Source of the DNA: Paracoccaceae bacterium
GTDB lineage: Bacteria; Pseudomonadota; Alphaproteobacteria; Rhodobacterales; Rhodobacteraceae
Reading direction: 5' to 3'
Assembly (NCBI GenBank): GCA_020832655.1
Contig: JAFIEF010000013.1
Location: 4,316 to 68,315 of the forward strand
Length of the DNA: 64,000 bases
The position numbers and the translations under genes are program-made. Each line of letters opens with the position of its first letter. The first letter of the stretch is position 1. Shown in pieces: positions 10,565 through 20,595 of this stretch. The notes under the pieces were generated by a model that was not told where the DNA came from, did no database searches, and was given only the letters and a program-made list of their open reading frames with translations.

Positions 10565-10616
10565 AGCGCCCTCGGGCCGTGCCCACCCACCCACCCCTGC
10601 ACGCCCCGAGGGCGCT
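10565..10616. repeat. Hairpin element C: 12-bp outer plus 5-bp inner stem around a (CCCA)3CCCC loop (minus-strand G4 motif), followed by a second small hairpin
   Basis: Arms 10565-10576 agcgccctcggg and 10605-10616 cccgagggcgct; inner cgtgc/gcacg; adjacent cccgcgcg-tggcc-cgcgcggg at 10618-10638; lies between convergent ppk and rarA. Confidence 0.9.
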
Positions 10617-10667
10617 GCCCGCGCGTGGCCCGCGCGGGCGGGCGGGACGGCTGGCCATCCGCGGTGA

Positions 10668-11993
10668 TCAGCCGGATTTGCCGCTGCGCGTGGCGCGCAG
10701 CTTGGCGAAGAACGCAACCCGCTTGCCCAGTTCGCGTTCAAAGCCGCGTTCAACCGGCTGATACAGCACCGGGCGCTTGACGCCATCGGGGAAGTAGTTC
10801 TGCCCCGAAAATCCTTCTTCGGCGTCATGGTCATAGGCATAGCCTTCGCCATAACCCTGATCCTTCATCAGCTTGGTGGGCGCGTTCAGGATATGCTTGG
10901 GGGGGGGCTGTGATCCGGTCTGTTTGGCCAGCTTCACCGCCGCCTTCCACGCGACATAGCCTGCATTGGATTTCGGCGCGAGCGCCAGATAGATCACCGC
11001 CTGCGCCAGTGCCAGTTCGCCCTCGGGGCTGCCCATGCGTTCATAGGCTTGCCACGCATCCAGACACACGGTCTGCGCCTGCGGGTCGGCCATGCCGATG
11101 TCCTCGATGGCCATGCGCGCAAGCCGCCGCGCCAGATAGCGCGGGTCTTCGCCGCCCGTCATCATCCGTGCCAGCCAGTAAAGGGCTGCATCGGGGTCCG
11201 AGCCGCGCACCGATTTGTGCAGCGCCGAGATCAGGTTGTAATGCGCGTCGCCTGATTTGTCATATTGCGCCGCGCGCCGCGCCAGCCTTGCGCCAAGCGT
11301 GGCGCTGTCCAGCTTGCCTGTGACCTGCCATGCCAATACCTGCTCGATCAGGTTCAGTGCCGCGCGCCCGTCGCCATCGGCCATTTCCAGCAATTGCTCG
11401 CGCGCGGGGCCGTCAAGGGGCAGGGCGCGGCCCAGAAGTTTTTCGGCGCGCTGGGCCAGAAGCTCCAGATGCGCAAGGCTCAGCCGTGTCAGCACGATCA
11501 CCTGCGCGCGCGACATCAACGCGGCATTCAGTTCGAAAGACGGGTTTTCCGTGGTGGCACCCACCAGCGTGATGGTGCCATCTTCCATATGCGGCAGAAA
11601 GCTGTCCTGCTGGGATTTGTTGAAGCGATGGATTTCGTCAACGAATAACAGCGTGCCGCGCCCCTGGCGCTGGCGCAGCCTTGCCTGTTCGAACACCTTG
11701 CGCAGATCGGGCACGCCGGTGAAGATCGCGCTGATCTGGACGAAATGCAGATCGGTTTCATCGGCCAGAAGCCGCGCAATGGTGGTCTTGCCCACCCCCG
11801 GCGGCCCCCACAGGATGATCGAGCCGATCCGCCCTGCCGCCAGCATGCTGCCCAAGGGGCCGTCAGGGCCAAGCGCCTTGTCCTGTCCGATCACCTCTGC
11901 CAGCTTGCACGGGCGCATGCGGTCGGCCAGCGGGCGCGAGGCGCTGTCCGCGTCGCGTTTCGGGTCCGGGGTCTGGTCGAACAGGTCAGGCAT
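10668..11993 (-). CDS. rarA: Replication-associated recombination protein A (MgsA/RarA)
   Basis: PLADRMRP, Walker A GPPGVGKTT, DEIHRFNK, HKSVRGSDPDA, YAYDHD. Confidence 0.97.
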   Translation of the reverse strand: MPDLFDQTPDPKRDADSASRPLADRMRPCKLAEVIGQDKALGPDGPLGSMLAAGRIGSIILWGPPGVGKTTIARLLADETDLHFVQISAIFTGVPDLRKVFEQARLRQRQGRGTLLFVDEIHRFNKSQQDSFLPHMEDGTITLVGATTENPSFELNAALMSRAQVIVLTRLSLAHLELLAQRAEKLLGRALPLDGPAREQLLEMADGDGRAALNLIEQVLAWQVTGKLDSATLGARLARRAAQYDKSGDAHYNLISALHKSVRGSDPDAALYWLARMMTGGEDPRYLARRLARMAIEDIGMADPQAQTVCLDAWQAYERMGSPEGELALAQAVIYLALAPKSNAGYVAWKAAVKLAKQTGSQPPPKHILNAPTKLMKDQGYGEGYAYDHDAEEGFSGQNYFPDGVKRPVLYQPVERGFERELGKRVAFFAKLRATRSGKSG

Positions 11994-12043
11994 GGGCGCA
12001 GATTACGCCGATCTTGCAGCCGGTGAAAGAGCGCAAGCAGCGC

Positions 12044-12688
12044 CTATCGCAAAGCAGGCTTCAGCACGGTTTCACTGCGACACATCCGCGCCAGCATATC
12101 GCCGTCGCAGCCCCGGTAGCGCAGATCATGAGTCAGGCACAGGCGCAGTTCCTGCACCAGCCCGGCGCGGCAGGTGATAATCGCCATGCCATCCTGCAAG
12201 TCGGGATTGGACTGTTGCACGCGGTTCAGCAATTCCTCGGGTCGGGTGGGGCGGCCCTGCGTTGGCGCATCGGGCAGGGCAAGCGCGGCGAAGGCCGCCC
12301 GCGTCCGGTCGAAATAGGTTTCTGCATCCAGCCCGCTGCAAGTGCCATGCTTGCGCCATTGATGCGCTGCCAGCCCGCTTGACCCCATGATGTCACGCAT
12401 CGCTGCGGTCTGGGCGCGGCTGGCGGGCGCATGGTCGGTGTCGCAATATTCGGGCCAGCCGCCGCCTTCATGCTGGGGCCAAAGCCCATGCACCAGCCAG
12501 CCTGCCCCCGACCCGTCGGCGCAGCGCGCATCCCCGCGCGCATCGCCTTCGCCCGCGCACCAGCTTGGCGTCCAGCTGATGGCCAGAATCAGATAGCCCT
12601 CTGGCCCCGGTCGCGCCGTGTCGCGGCCCATCAGGGCAAAGCCCCCCAGCACCGCCACCAGCAGTATTGCCCCGAAAACCATCCGCAT
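12044..12688 (-). CDS. Ribonuclease T2 family protein (exported)
   Basis: Active-site motifs HGLWPQ and HQWRKHGTC, conserved Cys residues, N-terminal hydrophobic signal. Confidence 0.92.
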   Translation of the reverse strand: MRMVFGAILLVAVLGGFALMGRDTARPGPEGYLILAISWTPSWCAGEGDARGDARCADGSGAGWLVHGLWPQHEGGGWPEYCDTDHAPASRAQTAAMRDIMGSSGLAAHQWRKHGTCSGLDAETYFDRTRAAFAALALPDAPTQGRPTRPEELLNRVQQSNPDLQDGMAIITCRAGLVQELRLCLTHDLRYRGCDGDMLARMCRSETVLKPALR

Positions 12689-12834
12689 TTTTGCTTTCCC
12701 TTGCTGACATCTGCCGCTATAAGCCGCTTAATCCCTGAAATCGAGGGTTCGCAGGCCCGGCCTGTAGCCGAATTCCCGGCACGAAGAAGTTATGCGCTTT
12801 GGACAAGCGCGCCATTATGACAGGAGTGGATGTC

Positions 12835-13617
12835 ATGTCGAAACCGCTGATGCCCAAGGCAACCGCCGTCTGGCTGGTGGACAACACCACGCTTAGTTTC
12901 AAGCAGATCGCCGAGTTCTGCGGCCTGCACGAGTTGGAGGTCCAGGGCATTGCGGATGGCGATGTTGCAACTGGCGTCAAGGGGTTCGACCCCATCGCCA
13001 ACAACCAGCTTGACCCGATCGAGATCGAGCGCGCGGAAAAAGACCCCGTCTACAAGCTGAAGCTGAAATACAACCCCGCCGCAGAGGGCGAGGAAAAGCG
13101 CCGTGGGCCGCGCTATACGCCGCTGTCCAAGCGCCAGGATCGCCCCGCCGCGATTCTGTGGCTGGTGAAGTTTCACCCCGAACTGGCAGATGCGCAGATC
13201 CGGCGTCTGGTGGGCACCACCAACAGCACGATTCAGGCGATCCGCGAACGCACGCATTGGAACATCAACAATCTGCAACCCATCGACCCTGTGGCGCTGG
13301 GGCTGTGCAAGCAGTCCGAGCTTGACAAGGAAGTGCAGAAAGCCGCCGCCAAGCGTGCCGAAGAAGGTGCGGTGATGTCTGACGAGGAACGCCGCAAGCT
13401 GGTTTCCACCGAGCAGTCGCTGGAAATGGACCCAGAACCGAAAATGCCTGCAAATATCGCGGGGCTGGAAAACTTCACCCTCAGCGACATGAAATCCGAC
13501 GAGGACACCCCCGCCGCTGCCGATTACAGCGATGCCGACAGCTTCTTCAATCTGCCCGATGACGAAGAAGATGATGACAACGCGGATGACCGCAGCCGCG
13601 ATCCGCGCGACCGCTAG
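12835..13617 (+). CDS. trcR: DUF1013 family protein (TrcR-like cell-cycle transcription factor)
   Basis: MPKATAVWLVDNTTLSF N-terminus, RYTPLSKRQDRP, acidic C-terminal tail. Confidence 0.85.
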   Translation: MSKPLMPKATAVWLVDNTTLSFKQIAEFCGLHELEVQGIADGDVATGVKGFDPIANNQLDPIEIERAEKDPVYKLKLKYNPAAEGEEKRRGPRYTPLSKRQDRPAAILWLVKFHPELADAQIRRLVGTTNSTIQAIRERTHWNINNLQPIDPVALGLCKQSELDKEVQKAAAKRAEEGAVMSDEERRKLVSTEQSLEMDPEPKMPANIAGLENFTLSDMKSDEDTPAAADYSDADSFFNLPDDEEDDDNADDRSRDPRDR

Positions 13618-13672
13618 GCAGGGGCGACCTGAACAGCGTTGCGGCAACAGGGAACGAATTCGGGATAGGCAC

Positions 13673-16093
13673 ATGAAGTTCACACTTGGCTGGTTGAAGG
13701 ACCATCTGGACACACAGGCCACGCTGGATCAGATCGCAGAGGCGCTGACCGATCTGGGGCTGGAGGTCGAGGAAATCATCGACCCCGCCGCCAGCTTGGG
13801 CGTGTTCCGCATTGCCCGCGTGATCGAAGCTGCCCCCCACCCCGATGCCGACCGTCTGCGCCTGTGTCGCGTGGAAACATGGCCCGATGGTCCCGATGGC
13901 GCCCCGCAGGAAGTGCAGGTCGTGTGCGGCGCGCCCAATGCCCGCACCGGCATGCGCGGCGTCTTTGCGCCCGTGGGCACGCATATCCCCGGCACCGGGG
14001 TTGATCTGAAACCCGGTGTCATTCGCGGGCAGGCCAGTAATGGCATGTTGTGTTCGGAACGCGAATTGCTGATCTCGGATGATCATCAGGGCATTATCGA
14101 TCTGCCCGAAGATGCGCCGCTGGGCGCGCGTTTCATCGATTATGCCGGGTTGAATGACCCGGTGATAGAAATCGCCATCACCCCCAACCGCCCCGATGCG
14201 CTGGGCGTGCGCGGCATTGCCCGCGATCTGGCCGCGCGGGGCTTGGGAACGCTCCAGCCGCTGAAAGTGATGCCCGTTGCCGGCAGTTTCGCCAGTCCCA
14301 TCGGGGTTGAGATCGCGCCGGAACTGAAAGACAAGGGCTGCGCGCATTTCACCGGTCGGCTGATCCGTGGGGTCAGGAATGGCCCCTCGCCCGACTGGCT
14401 GCAAAAGCGGCTGCGCGCCATCGGGCTGCGCCCGATCTCGGCGCTGGTGGATATCACCAATTTCTTCACCTTTGATCTGAACCGCCCGCTGCATGTGTTC
14501 GACGGTGACAAGGTGCAGGGAAGTCTGCGCATTCACCCCGCGAAGGGTGGCGAGGAATTGCTGGCGCTCGATGACAAAAGCTACACCATCGCCGCAGGCC
14601 AGATGCTGATCTCGGATGAAACCGGCCCCGAAAGTCTGGCCGGGATCATGGGGGGCGAGCATTCGGGCTGCACCGGCGACACGGTGAATGTGTTCGTGGA
14701 ATCGGCCTATTGGGATCCGATCACCATTGCCGCGACGGGCCGCGCGCTGAAGATAAATTCGGATGCGCGCTACCGCTTTGAACGCGGGGTGGACCCGGCC
14801 TTCACGCTGGATGGGCTGGAACTGGCCACGCAGATGATCCTCGATATCTGTGGCGGCGCGCCATCGCATGTGGTGCAGGATGGCGCGGCGCTGGATACGG
14901 CCCGCAGCTACCCGTTTGACCCCGCCCGCGTGGGCGCGCTGGTGGGCATGGACATCCCCGAAGCGCAGCAGCGCGCCACGCTTCAGGCGCTGGGTTTCAG
15001 CCTTGACGGCAATCAGGCCAGCCCGCCGAGCTGGCGCCCCGACATTCTGGGCGCGGCCGATCTGGTCGAGGAAATCGCGCGCGTGGCCTCGCTCAGCAAG
15101 CTCGAAGGTCAGCCCTTGCCGCGCGCCGATGCTGGCGTGCCGCGCCCGATCCTGACGCCCATGCAGCAGCGCGAACGCGCCGCGCGCCGCATGCTGGCGG
15201 GGCTGGGTTACAATGAATGCGTGACCTACAGCTTCGTTGATCAGGCCGCAGCGGAAGCCTTTGGCGGCGGCACCGATGCGGTGCGGCTGGAAAACCCGAT
15301 TAGTTCGGAAATGACGCATATGCGCCCCGACCTTCTGCCGGGGCTGTTGCAGGCCGCTGCGCGCAATCAGGCGCGCGGCTTCGCCGATCTGGCATTGTTC
15401 GAGGTCGGCCCCGCCTTCAGCGGCGGCGAACCGGGGCAGCAGCATTTGCAGGCCGCGGCGATCCTGGTGGGTGCCAATGCTGCGCGCAATCCGTTCGGCG
15501 CGCGGCGCAATGTGGACCTCTATGACGCCAAGGCCGATGCCGAGGCCGTGCTGAACGCGATCGGGGCACCTGCGAAGGTCCAGATCACGCGCAACCTGCC
15601 GGCCTGGTTCCACCCTGGCCGTGCAGGTGTGATCAGCCTTGGCCCGAAACTGCCAATGGCGATCTTTGGCGAATTGCACCCGCGCGTGATCAGGGGCTTT
15701 GATGTCAAAGGCCCGGTGGTCGGTCTGACCGTGCTGCTGGAAAACCCGCCCATGCCCAGGGCGCGCAAGACCGCGCGGCAGGCGCTTCAGATCAGCCCGC
15801 TTCAGGCGGTGGAGCGTGACTTTGCCTTTGTCACCGACCAGAAGGTCGATGCGCTGGCGCTGGTCAATGCCGCTGCCGGGGCCGACAAGGCGCTGATCAG
15901 CGATGTGCGGGTGTTTGACGAATTCACCGGGGCCAGGGCGGAAGCCCAGCTTGGGCCGGGGCGCAAATCGCTGGCGATCAGCGTGCGGCTGCAACCCACG
16001 GACGCGACCCTGACCGAAGATCAGATCGAGGCGGTCAGCCGCAAGATCATCGAGAAGGTGCAAAAAGCCACAGGTGGCGTGCTGCGCGGATAA
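13673..16093 (+). CDS. pheT: Phenylalanine--tRNA ligase beta subunit
   Basis: MKFTLGWLK start, VVCGAPN, TPNRPD, RFERGVD, B5 DLVEEIAR, C-terminal FDX-ACB domain. Confidence 0.98.
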   Translation: MKFTLGWLKDHLDTQATLDQIAEALTDLGLEVEEIIDPAASLGVFRIARVIEAAPHPDADRLRLCRVETWPDGPDGAPQEVQVVCGAPNARTGMRGVFAPVGTHIPGTGVDLKPGVIRGQASNGMLCSERELLISDDHQGIIDLPEDAPLGARFIDYAGLNDPVIEIAITPNRPDALGVRGIARDLAARGLGTLQPLKVMPVAGSFASPIGVEIAPELKDKGCAHFTGRLIRGVRNGPSPDWLQKRLRAIGLRPISALVDITNFFTFDLNRPLHVFDGDKVQGSLRIHPAKGGEELLALDDKSYTIAAGQMLISDETGPESLAGIMGGEHSGCTGDTVNVFVESAYWDPITIAATGRALKINSDARYRFERGVDPAFTLDGLELATQMILDICGGAPSHVVQDGAALDTARSYPFDPARVGALVGMDIPEAQQRATLQALGFSLDGNQASPPSWRPDILGAADLVEEIARVASLSKLEGQPLPRADAGVPRPILTPMQQRERAARRMLAGLGYNECVTYSFVDQAAAEAFGGGTDAVRLENPISSEMTHMRPDLLPGLLQAAARNQARGFADLALFEVGPAFSGGEPGQQHLQAAAILVGANAARNPFGARRNVDLYDAKADAEAVLNAIGAPAKVQITRNLPAWFHPGRAGVISLGPKLPMAIFGELHPRVIRGFDVKGPVVGLTVLLENPPMPRARKTARQALQISPLQAVERDFAFVTDQKVDALALVNAAAGADKALISDVRVFDEFTGARAEAQLGPGRKSLAISVRLQPTDATLTEDQIEAVSRKIIEKVQKATGGVLRG

Positions 16094-16140
16094 AGCATGC
16101 TGCTCAAAAGCAGTTACCGGTTTTGAGCGACATGCTTTAT
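16090..16140. repeat. REP-like palindromic element / possible bidirectional terminator
   Basis: ataaagcatg...gctcaaaa-loop-ttttgagc...catgctttat between convergent pheT and AraC genes; by eye it resembles the AGCATG...AAAA...ACCGGTTTT...GACATGCT palindromic repeats of alphaproteobacteria. Confidence 0.7.
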
Positions 16141-16196
16141 TGCCCTGATCAGCGCCGCCGCAACAAGCGCGATGGCGGGGCCGCGCGGCCTGATCG

Positions 16197-17027
16197 TCAG
16201 TGAATTGCGCCTTGGCGCAAATGCGCCTTGCGATAGGCCGAAGGTGGCTGGCCAACCTGTTGGGCAAAGGCGCGCGCGAAATACCCCGGCGTCGAAAAGC
16301 CCAGATTGCGCGCGATATCCTGCACCGGAATGCGGGTTTCGGCCAGAAGCTTGCGGGCCTCGAACAGGCGACGTTCCTGCAACAGTGCCATCGCCGTGCG
16401 CCCGCAACTGGCGCGGCAGGCGCGTGTCAGATGGGTCGCGGTGACGCCCAGCGCGGTTGCGTAATCGGTGACATTCAGGTTGGAACCGAACTCGCGTTCC
16501 AGCAATGCGGTGTAGCGCGCGACCAGCCGTTCATTCGCGTTTTGCGGCGCGGCCAGTCGGAAATCATCTGAATTTTCAACGCTGTGGCGTTCCAGCCAGA
16601 CCGCCAGCAAGCCCAGTTGCAGCTTCACGGCGCGATCCGCGAAGGGTTTGTTACTGTCCAGTTCGCGCTGGATTTCGTCCACCATCTGGCTGACTTCGAC
16701 CTGTGATCCGCCATCGCGCAGCCGCAGATGCAGCGGCCGGTCGGGCAGTTCCAGCCCATGCACATCGCCTAAGTGCAACGCCACACCCTGCACGCGGGTC
16801 ATGGCGTGAAAGCTGTGCATGACCCCTGCGGGAATGAAAATGGCGTTGTGCGGATGAAACCCGCGCGTGCTGCCGGCAATGCTGATGCGCCCCTGCCCAT
16901 GCGTGACCCACAAGAACAGCGGCTCGCGCAGCGCGCGCAGCGTTTCAAGCTGCCATTTCGGACCATTGCAGAAGCGCGCCAGAGACTGGGTCTGAAGGCG
17001 AGGTTTGGGCTGTGGTATTGTTGTCAT
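16197..17027 (-). CDS. AraC family transcriptional regulator (cupin + double HTH)
   Basis: C-terminal LGVTATHLTRAC...IARNLGFSTPGYFARAF; start placed at MTTIPQ. Confidence 0.92.
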   Translation of the reverse strand: MTTIPQPKPRLQTQSLARFCNGPKWQLETLRALREPLFLWVTHGQGRISIAGSTRGFHPHNAIFIPAGVMHSFHAMTRVQGVALHLGDVHGLELPDRPLHLRLRDGGSQVEVSQMVDEIQRELDSNKPFADRAVKLQLGLLAVWLERHSVENSDDFRLAAPQNANERLVARYTALLEREFGSNLNVTDYATALGVTATHLTRACRASCGRTAMALLQERRLFEARKLLAETRIPVQDIARNLGFSTPGYFARAFAQQVGQPPSAYRKAHLRQGAIH

Positions 17028-17378
17028 GACTGATCGAATCCCCCCGGATACTGGCCAGAGTAAGGCCACAACCGGGCTTTGAAAGGCACAACCATCACGG
17101 GCATGTGAGTCGCGCCTATGATTTTGGATCAAGCGTGGCAAATCGGTGACTCTGCGCGCGGTGTTCAGCCTTGTGTTCGTCACCCGGCAGAAGATCCCCT
17201 GTGGCGGCTTGAAGCCCGGTTGCCGACGCTTGCGCCATAGCCCCCGCGCGGAAACAAGGCGCGCTGCGTGGCGGGCACAACCCTTGGGGCCGAAGTCGCA
17301 ACACCCAGCCGCGTCACAGGACCGATGACCGCATTGCCGCCTGTCGCGGACAAAACGCCCAGGCGCAGCAAGCTTTCG

Positions 17379-18296
17379 TCAGACGGCGAACACCAGCGAT
17401 GTCCAATCACGGCAGCGGTTGCGAAACCAGCTTCGCTGGCGTTTGGCATATTGCCGAGAGGCAAGTTTCGCGGCCTCGATAGCATGGTGCAACGAGATAT
17501 GGCCCTGAAGATGCGCGATCAGTTCGGGGGCACCGATGGCCCTGGTCCAGGGCGCGCCGGGTTGCCAATGGGGCAGGGCGGCGCGCGCTTCCTCCAGCGC
17601 GCCTGCGGCGATCATGCCATCAAACCGCGAATCGATTCGTGTGTTCAGCCAGTCCCTGGACGGACGCAGCACATAGGCGCTGGCGCGCGACAGCGGCAGG
17701 GCGGGGGGCGGGGTGTTGGCCTGCCAGTCCGCCAGCCCGCGCCCGGTTGCCTGCAACACCTCCCATGCGCGCTGGATGCGGGCGGGGTTGGCGGTGTCGA
17801 TGCGCGCGGCTGTGGCGGGGTCCAGTTCGGCCAGCAGCGCGGCCTGACCGTCGCGCGCCATGCGCTGATCTGCCAGCTTGCGAATTTCGGGCGGGGTCGG
17901 GGGGATTTCGGCCAGCCCTTCGGTCAGGGCCGCGAAATACAGCCCCGTGCCGCCCACCACCACGGCATTGGGGTGCTGATGCAGCAGCGCAGTTACCGCG
18001 CGCAGCCAATGGCCGACCGACCAGTCCTGATCATGCCCGACCGTGCCATACAGCAAATGCGGCACCTGCCCGGTTTCCGCGGCTGAAGGGCGTGCGCTCA
18101 GTATCTGCCACATGGCATAGACCTGCAGCGCATCGGCATTGATGATCACCCGCCCCTGATCTTGTGCCAGCATCAGCGCCAGTGCGGATTTGCCGCTGGC
18201 GGTGGGACCAGCCAGCAGCACGGGCCGCGCCGGGTCGGGTGGCGCGCTTTCCAGCATTTCCCGCGCCTGCCGCAAAGGGTCGGCCATTTCCTGCAT
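17379..18296 (-). CDS. miaA: tRNA dimethylallyltransferase
   Basis: [36 protein letters not shown]. Confidence 0.96.
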   Translation of the reverse strand: MQEMADPLRQAREMLESAPPDPARPVLLAGPTASGKSALALMLAQDQGRVIINADALQVYAMWQILSARPSAAETGQVPHLLYGTVGHDQDWSVGHWLRAVTALLHQHPNAVVVGGTGLYFAALTEGLAEIPPTPPEIRKLADQRMARDGQAALLAELDPATAARIDTANPARIQRAWEVLQATGRGLADWQANTPPPALPLSRASAYVLRPSRDWLNTRIDSRFDGMIAAGALEEARAALPHWQPGAPWTRAIGAPELIAHLQGHISLHHAIEAAKLASRQYAKRQRSWFRNRCRDWTSLVFAV

Positions 18297-18415
18297 CCCA
18301 GCCTGCTTTCACATTGAACCCGGCCCCGTTTTCCGACATTTTGCACGCCAATGAAAGTGTCACGCCCGCATGCGCGCCCTGCGCGCGGCTGTTGACCGCA
18401 ACAAGGACCGGACCC

Positions 18416-19135
18416 ATGCAGGACAACCCAACCTACAAGCGCGTGATGCTGAAGATTTCGGGCGAGGCGCTGATGGGGGATCAGGGCTATGGGCTGCACC
18501 CGCCAACGGTCGAGCGCATCGCGCGCGAAGTGAAGTCGGTGCATGATCTTGGGGTCGAGATCTGCATGGTCATCGGGGGTGGCAACATCTTTCGCGGGCT
18601 GGCCGGGTCGGCGCAGGGGATGGAACGCACCACCGCCGATTATATGGGCATGCTGGCCACGGTGATGAATGCGCTGGCAATGCAATCGGCGCTGGAGGGG
18701 CTGGGCGTGTTTACCCGCGTGATCAGCGCCATCCGCATGGACGAGGTCGCCGAACCCTATATCCGCCGCCGCGCCGTGCGCCATCTGGAAAAGAAGCGCG
18801 TGTGCATCTTTGCCGCGGGCACCGGCAACCCGTATTTCACCACCGATACCGCCGCGACGCTGCGCGCCAATGAAATGGCCTGCGAGGCGATCTTCAAGGG
18901 CACCAAGGTCGACGGGGTCTATGACAAGGATCCCAACAAACACGCCGATGCCAAGCGCTATGACGAAATCAGCTTTGATGATGTGCTGGTCAAGCATTTG
19001 CAGGTGATGGATGCCTCTGCCATTGCGCTGGCGCGTGACAATCATCTGCCGATCATCGTCTTTTCGCTGGATGAACCGGGCGGTTTTGCAGGTATCCTGC
19101 GCGGCGAGGGCGTCTATACCCGCGTCAGCGACTGA
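18416..19135 (+). CDS. pyrH: Uridylate kinase
   Basis: [26 protein letters not shown]. Confidence 0.98.
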   Translation: MQDNPTYKRVMLKISGEALMGDQGYGLHPPTVERIAREVKSVHDLGVEICMVIGGGNIFRGLAGSAQGMERTTADYMGMLATVMNALAMQSALEGLGVFTRVISAIRMDEVAEPYIRRRAVRHLEKKRVCIFAAGTGNPYFTTDTAATLRANEMACEAIFKGTKVDGVYDKDPNKHADAKRYDEISFDDVLVKHLQVMDASAIALARDNHLPIIVFSLDEPGGFAGILRGEGVYTRVSD

Positions 19136-19232
19136 CCCGCGGGCTGCGGGCTTACATCGGACGGGTTTTGCAGGTAGAAGACTGGGGCAGCAGGGTGCAG
19201 ATGCTGACCCGCCAAGGACAGGGAATACCACA

Positions 19233-19796
19233 ATGTCGGAAGAGATGGAAATTGACCTTGACGATCTGACACGCCGCATGGACGGGGCGATTGCGGCGCT
19301 GCGCACGGAATTTGCGTCCTTGCGCACCGGGCGGGCTTCGGCCTCGATGCTGGAGCCGGTGCAGGTCGACGCCTACGGCCAGATGACCCCCATCAATCAG
19401 GTCGGCACGGTCAATGTGCCCGAACCGCGCATGGTGACCATCAATGTCTGGGACAAGTCGCTTGTGGGCAAGGTCGAAAAGGCGATCCGCGAATCCGGGC
19501 TGGGCATCAACCCGCAGCTTAATGGCACCATCATCATGCTGCCGATCCCCGAACTGAACGAGGAACGCCGCCGCGAACTGACCCGTGTGGCCGCGCAATA
19601 TGCCGAACATGCCCGCGTTGCGATCCGCAACCTGCGCCGTGACGGCATGGACCAGATCAAGAAAGCCAAGGCCGCCGGCATGTCCGAGGATGAGCAGAAG
19701 CTGTGGTCCGAAGAGATTCAGGAACTGACCGACAGCTATATCGCCAGGGTCGATCAGGCGCTGGAAGACAAGCAGGGCGAGATCATGACGGTCTGA
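19233..19796 (+). CDS. frr: Ribosome recycling factor
   Basis: [25 protein letters not shown]. Confidence 0.98.
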   Translation: MSEEMEIDLDDLTRRMDGAIAALRTEFASLRTGRASASMLEPVQVDAYGQMTPINQVGTVNVPEPRMVTINVWDKSLVGKVEKAIRESGLGINPQLNGTIIMLPIPELNEERRRELTRVAAQYAEHARVAIRNLRRDGMDQIKKAKAAGMSEDEQKLWSEEIQELTDSYIARVDQALEDKQGEIMTV

Positions 19797-19845
19797 CGCC
19801 GTCGCCTTCTTTGCCGTCACAAGTTCTGTTTCATTGGGTATAGCC

Positions 19846-20595
19846 ATGATGTTTGACAATGCAGCCAAGCCGCAGCCGGAGCGATCCGGGCCGGGTGCCG
19901 GACTGCATGTCGCGGTGATCATGGATGGCAATGGGCGCTGGGCCGCCAATCGGGGCTGGCCGCGTCTGGTCGGGCATCGCAAGGGCGGGGAACGCGTGCG
20001 CGAACTGGTGGAAGCCTGCCCGCGGCTGGGCATCCGCTACCTGACGCTCTATGCCTTTTCGACCGAAAACTGGAAGCGCTCGAACGAAGAGGTGCTGGGG
20101 CTGATGTCGCTTCTGTCGCGCTACATCCGGGCCGAGGCCAAGCGGCTGAAGCGCGAAGGTGTGCGGCTGCGCTTCATCGGTGACCGCACCCGGCTGGCCC
20201 CCGACCTGCAGGAACTGATGGGCTGGATCGAGGCCGAAACCGACGCCAATGACCTGCTGCATCTGTCGGTTGCCATCAATTACGGGGGGCGCGATGAAAT
20301 CACCCGCGCCAGCCGGGCGCTGGCGCGCGATGTCGCAACGGGCAAGCTGGACCCTGACGCCATGACGCAGGACACCATCAGCCGCTATCTGGACACGCAT
20401 TTCCTGCCTGACCCCGATCTTGTGGTGCGCACATCGGGCGAAACGCGGGTGTCGAATTTCCTGCTGTGGCAGGCGGCCTATTCCGAGTATGTCTTCAGCC
20501 CGGTGCTGTGGCCGGATTTCACGCCGCAGGTGATGGCCGATATTCTGACCGCTTTCGGGCAGCGCGAACGCCGCTTTGGCGGGGTCTCGTCGTGA
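19846..20595 (+). CDS. uppS: Undecaprenyl diphosphate synthase
   Basis: IMDGNGRWA, FSTENWKRS, RTSGETRVSNFLLWQ. Confidence 0.97.
   Translation: MMFDNAAKPQPERSGPGAGLHVAVIMDGNGRWAANRGWPRLVGHRKGGERVRELVEACPRLGIRYLTLYAFSTENWKRSNEEVLGLMSLLSRYIRAEAKRLKREGVRLRFIGDRTRLAPDLQELMGWIEAETDANDLLHLSVAINYGGRDEITRASRALARDVATGKLDPDAMTQDTISRYLDTHFLPDPDLVVRTSGETRVSNFLLWQAAYSEYVFSPVLWPDFTPQVMADILTAFGQRERRFGGVSS

Noticed and set aside
13547-16267. Very long antisense or overlapping ORFs (e.g. 13547-16267 -, 21289-23106 -, 46621-48297 +, 60185-61936 -)
   Set aside because: Shadow ORFs of well-supported genes; high GC and codon bias deplete stops on the opposite strand, and they carry no recognisable motifs
17690-17720. 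G-tract clusters inside coding regions (miaA here; also aroB near 34248 and the XRE 3' end near 52487-52510)
   Set aside because: Explained by Pro/Gly/Ala codons and not enclosed by inverted repeats
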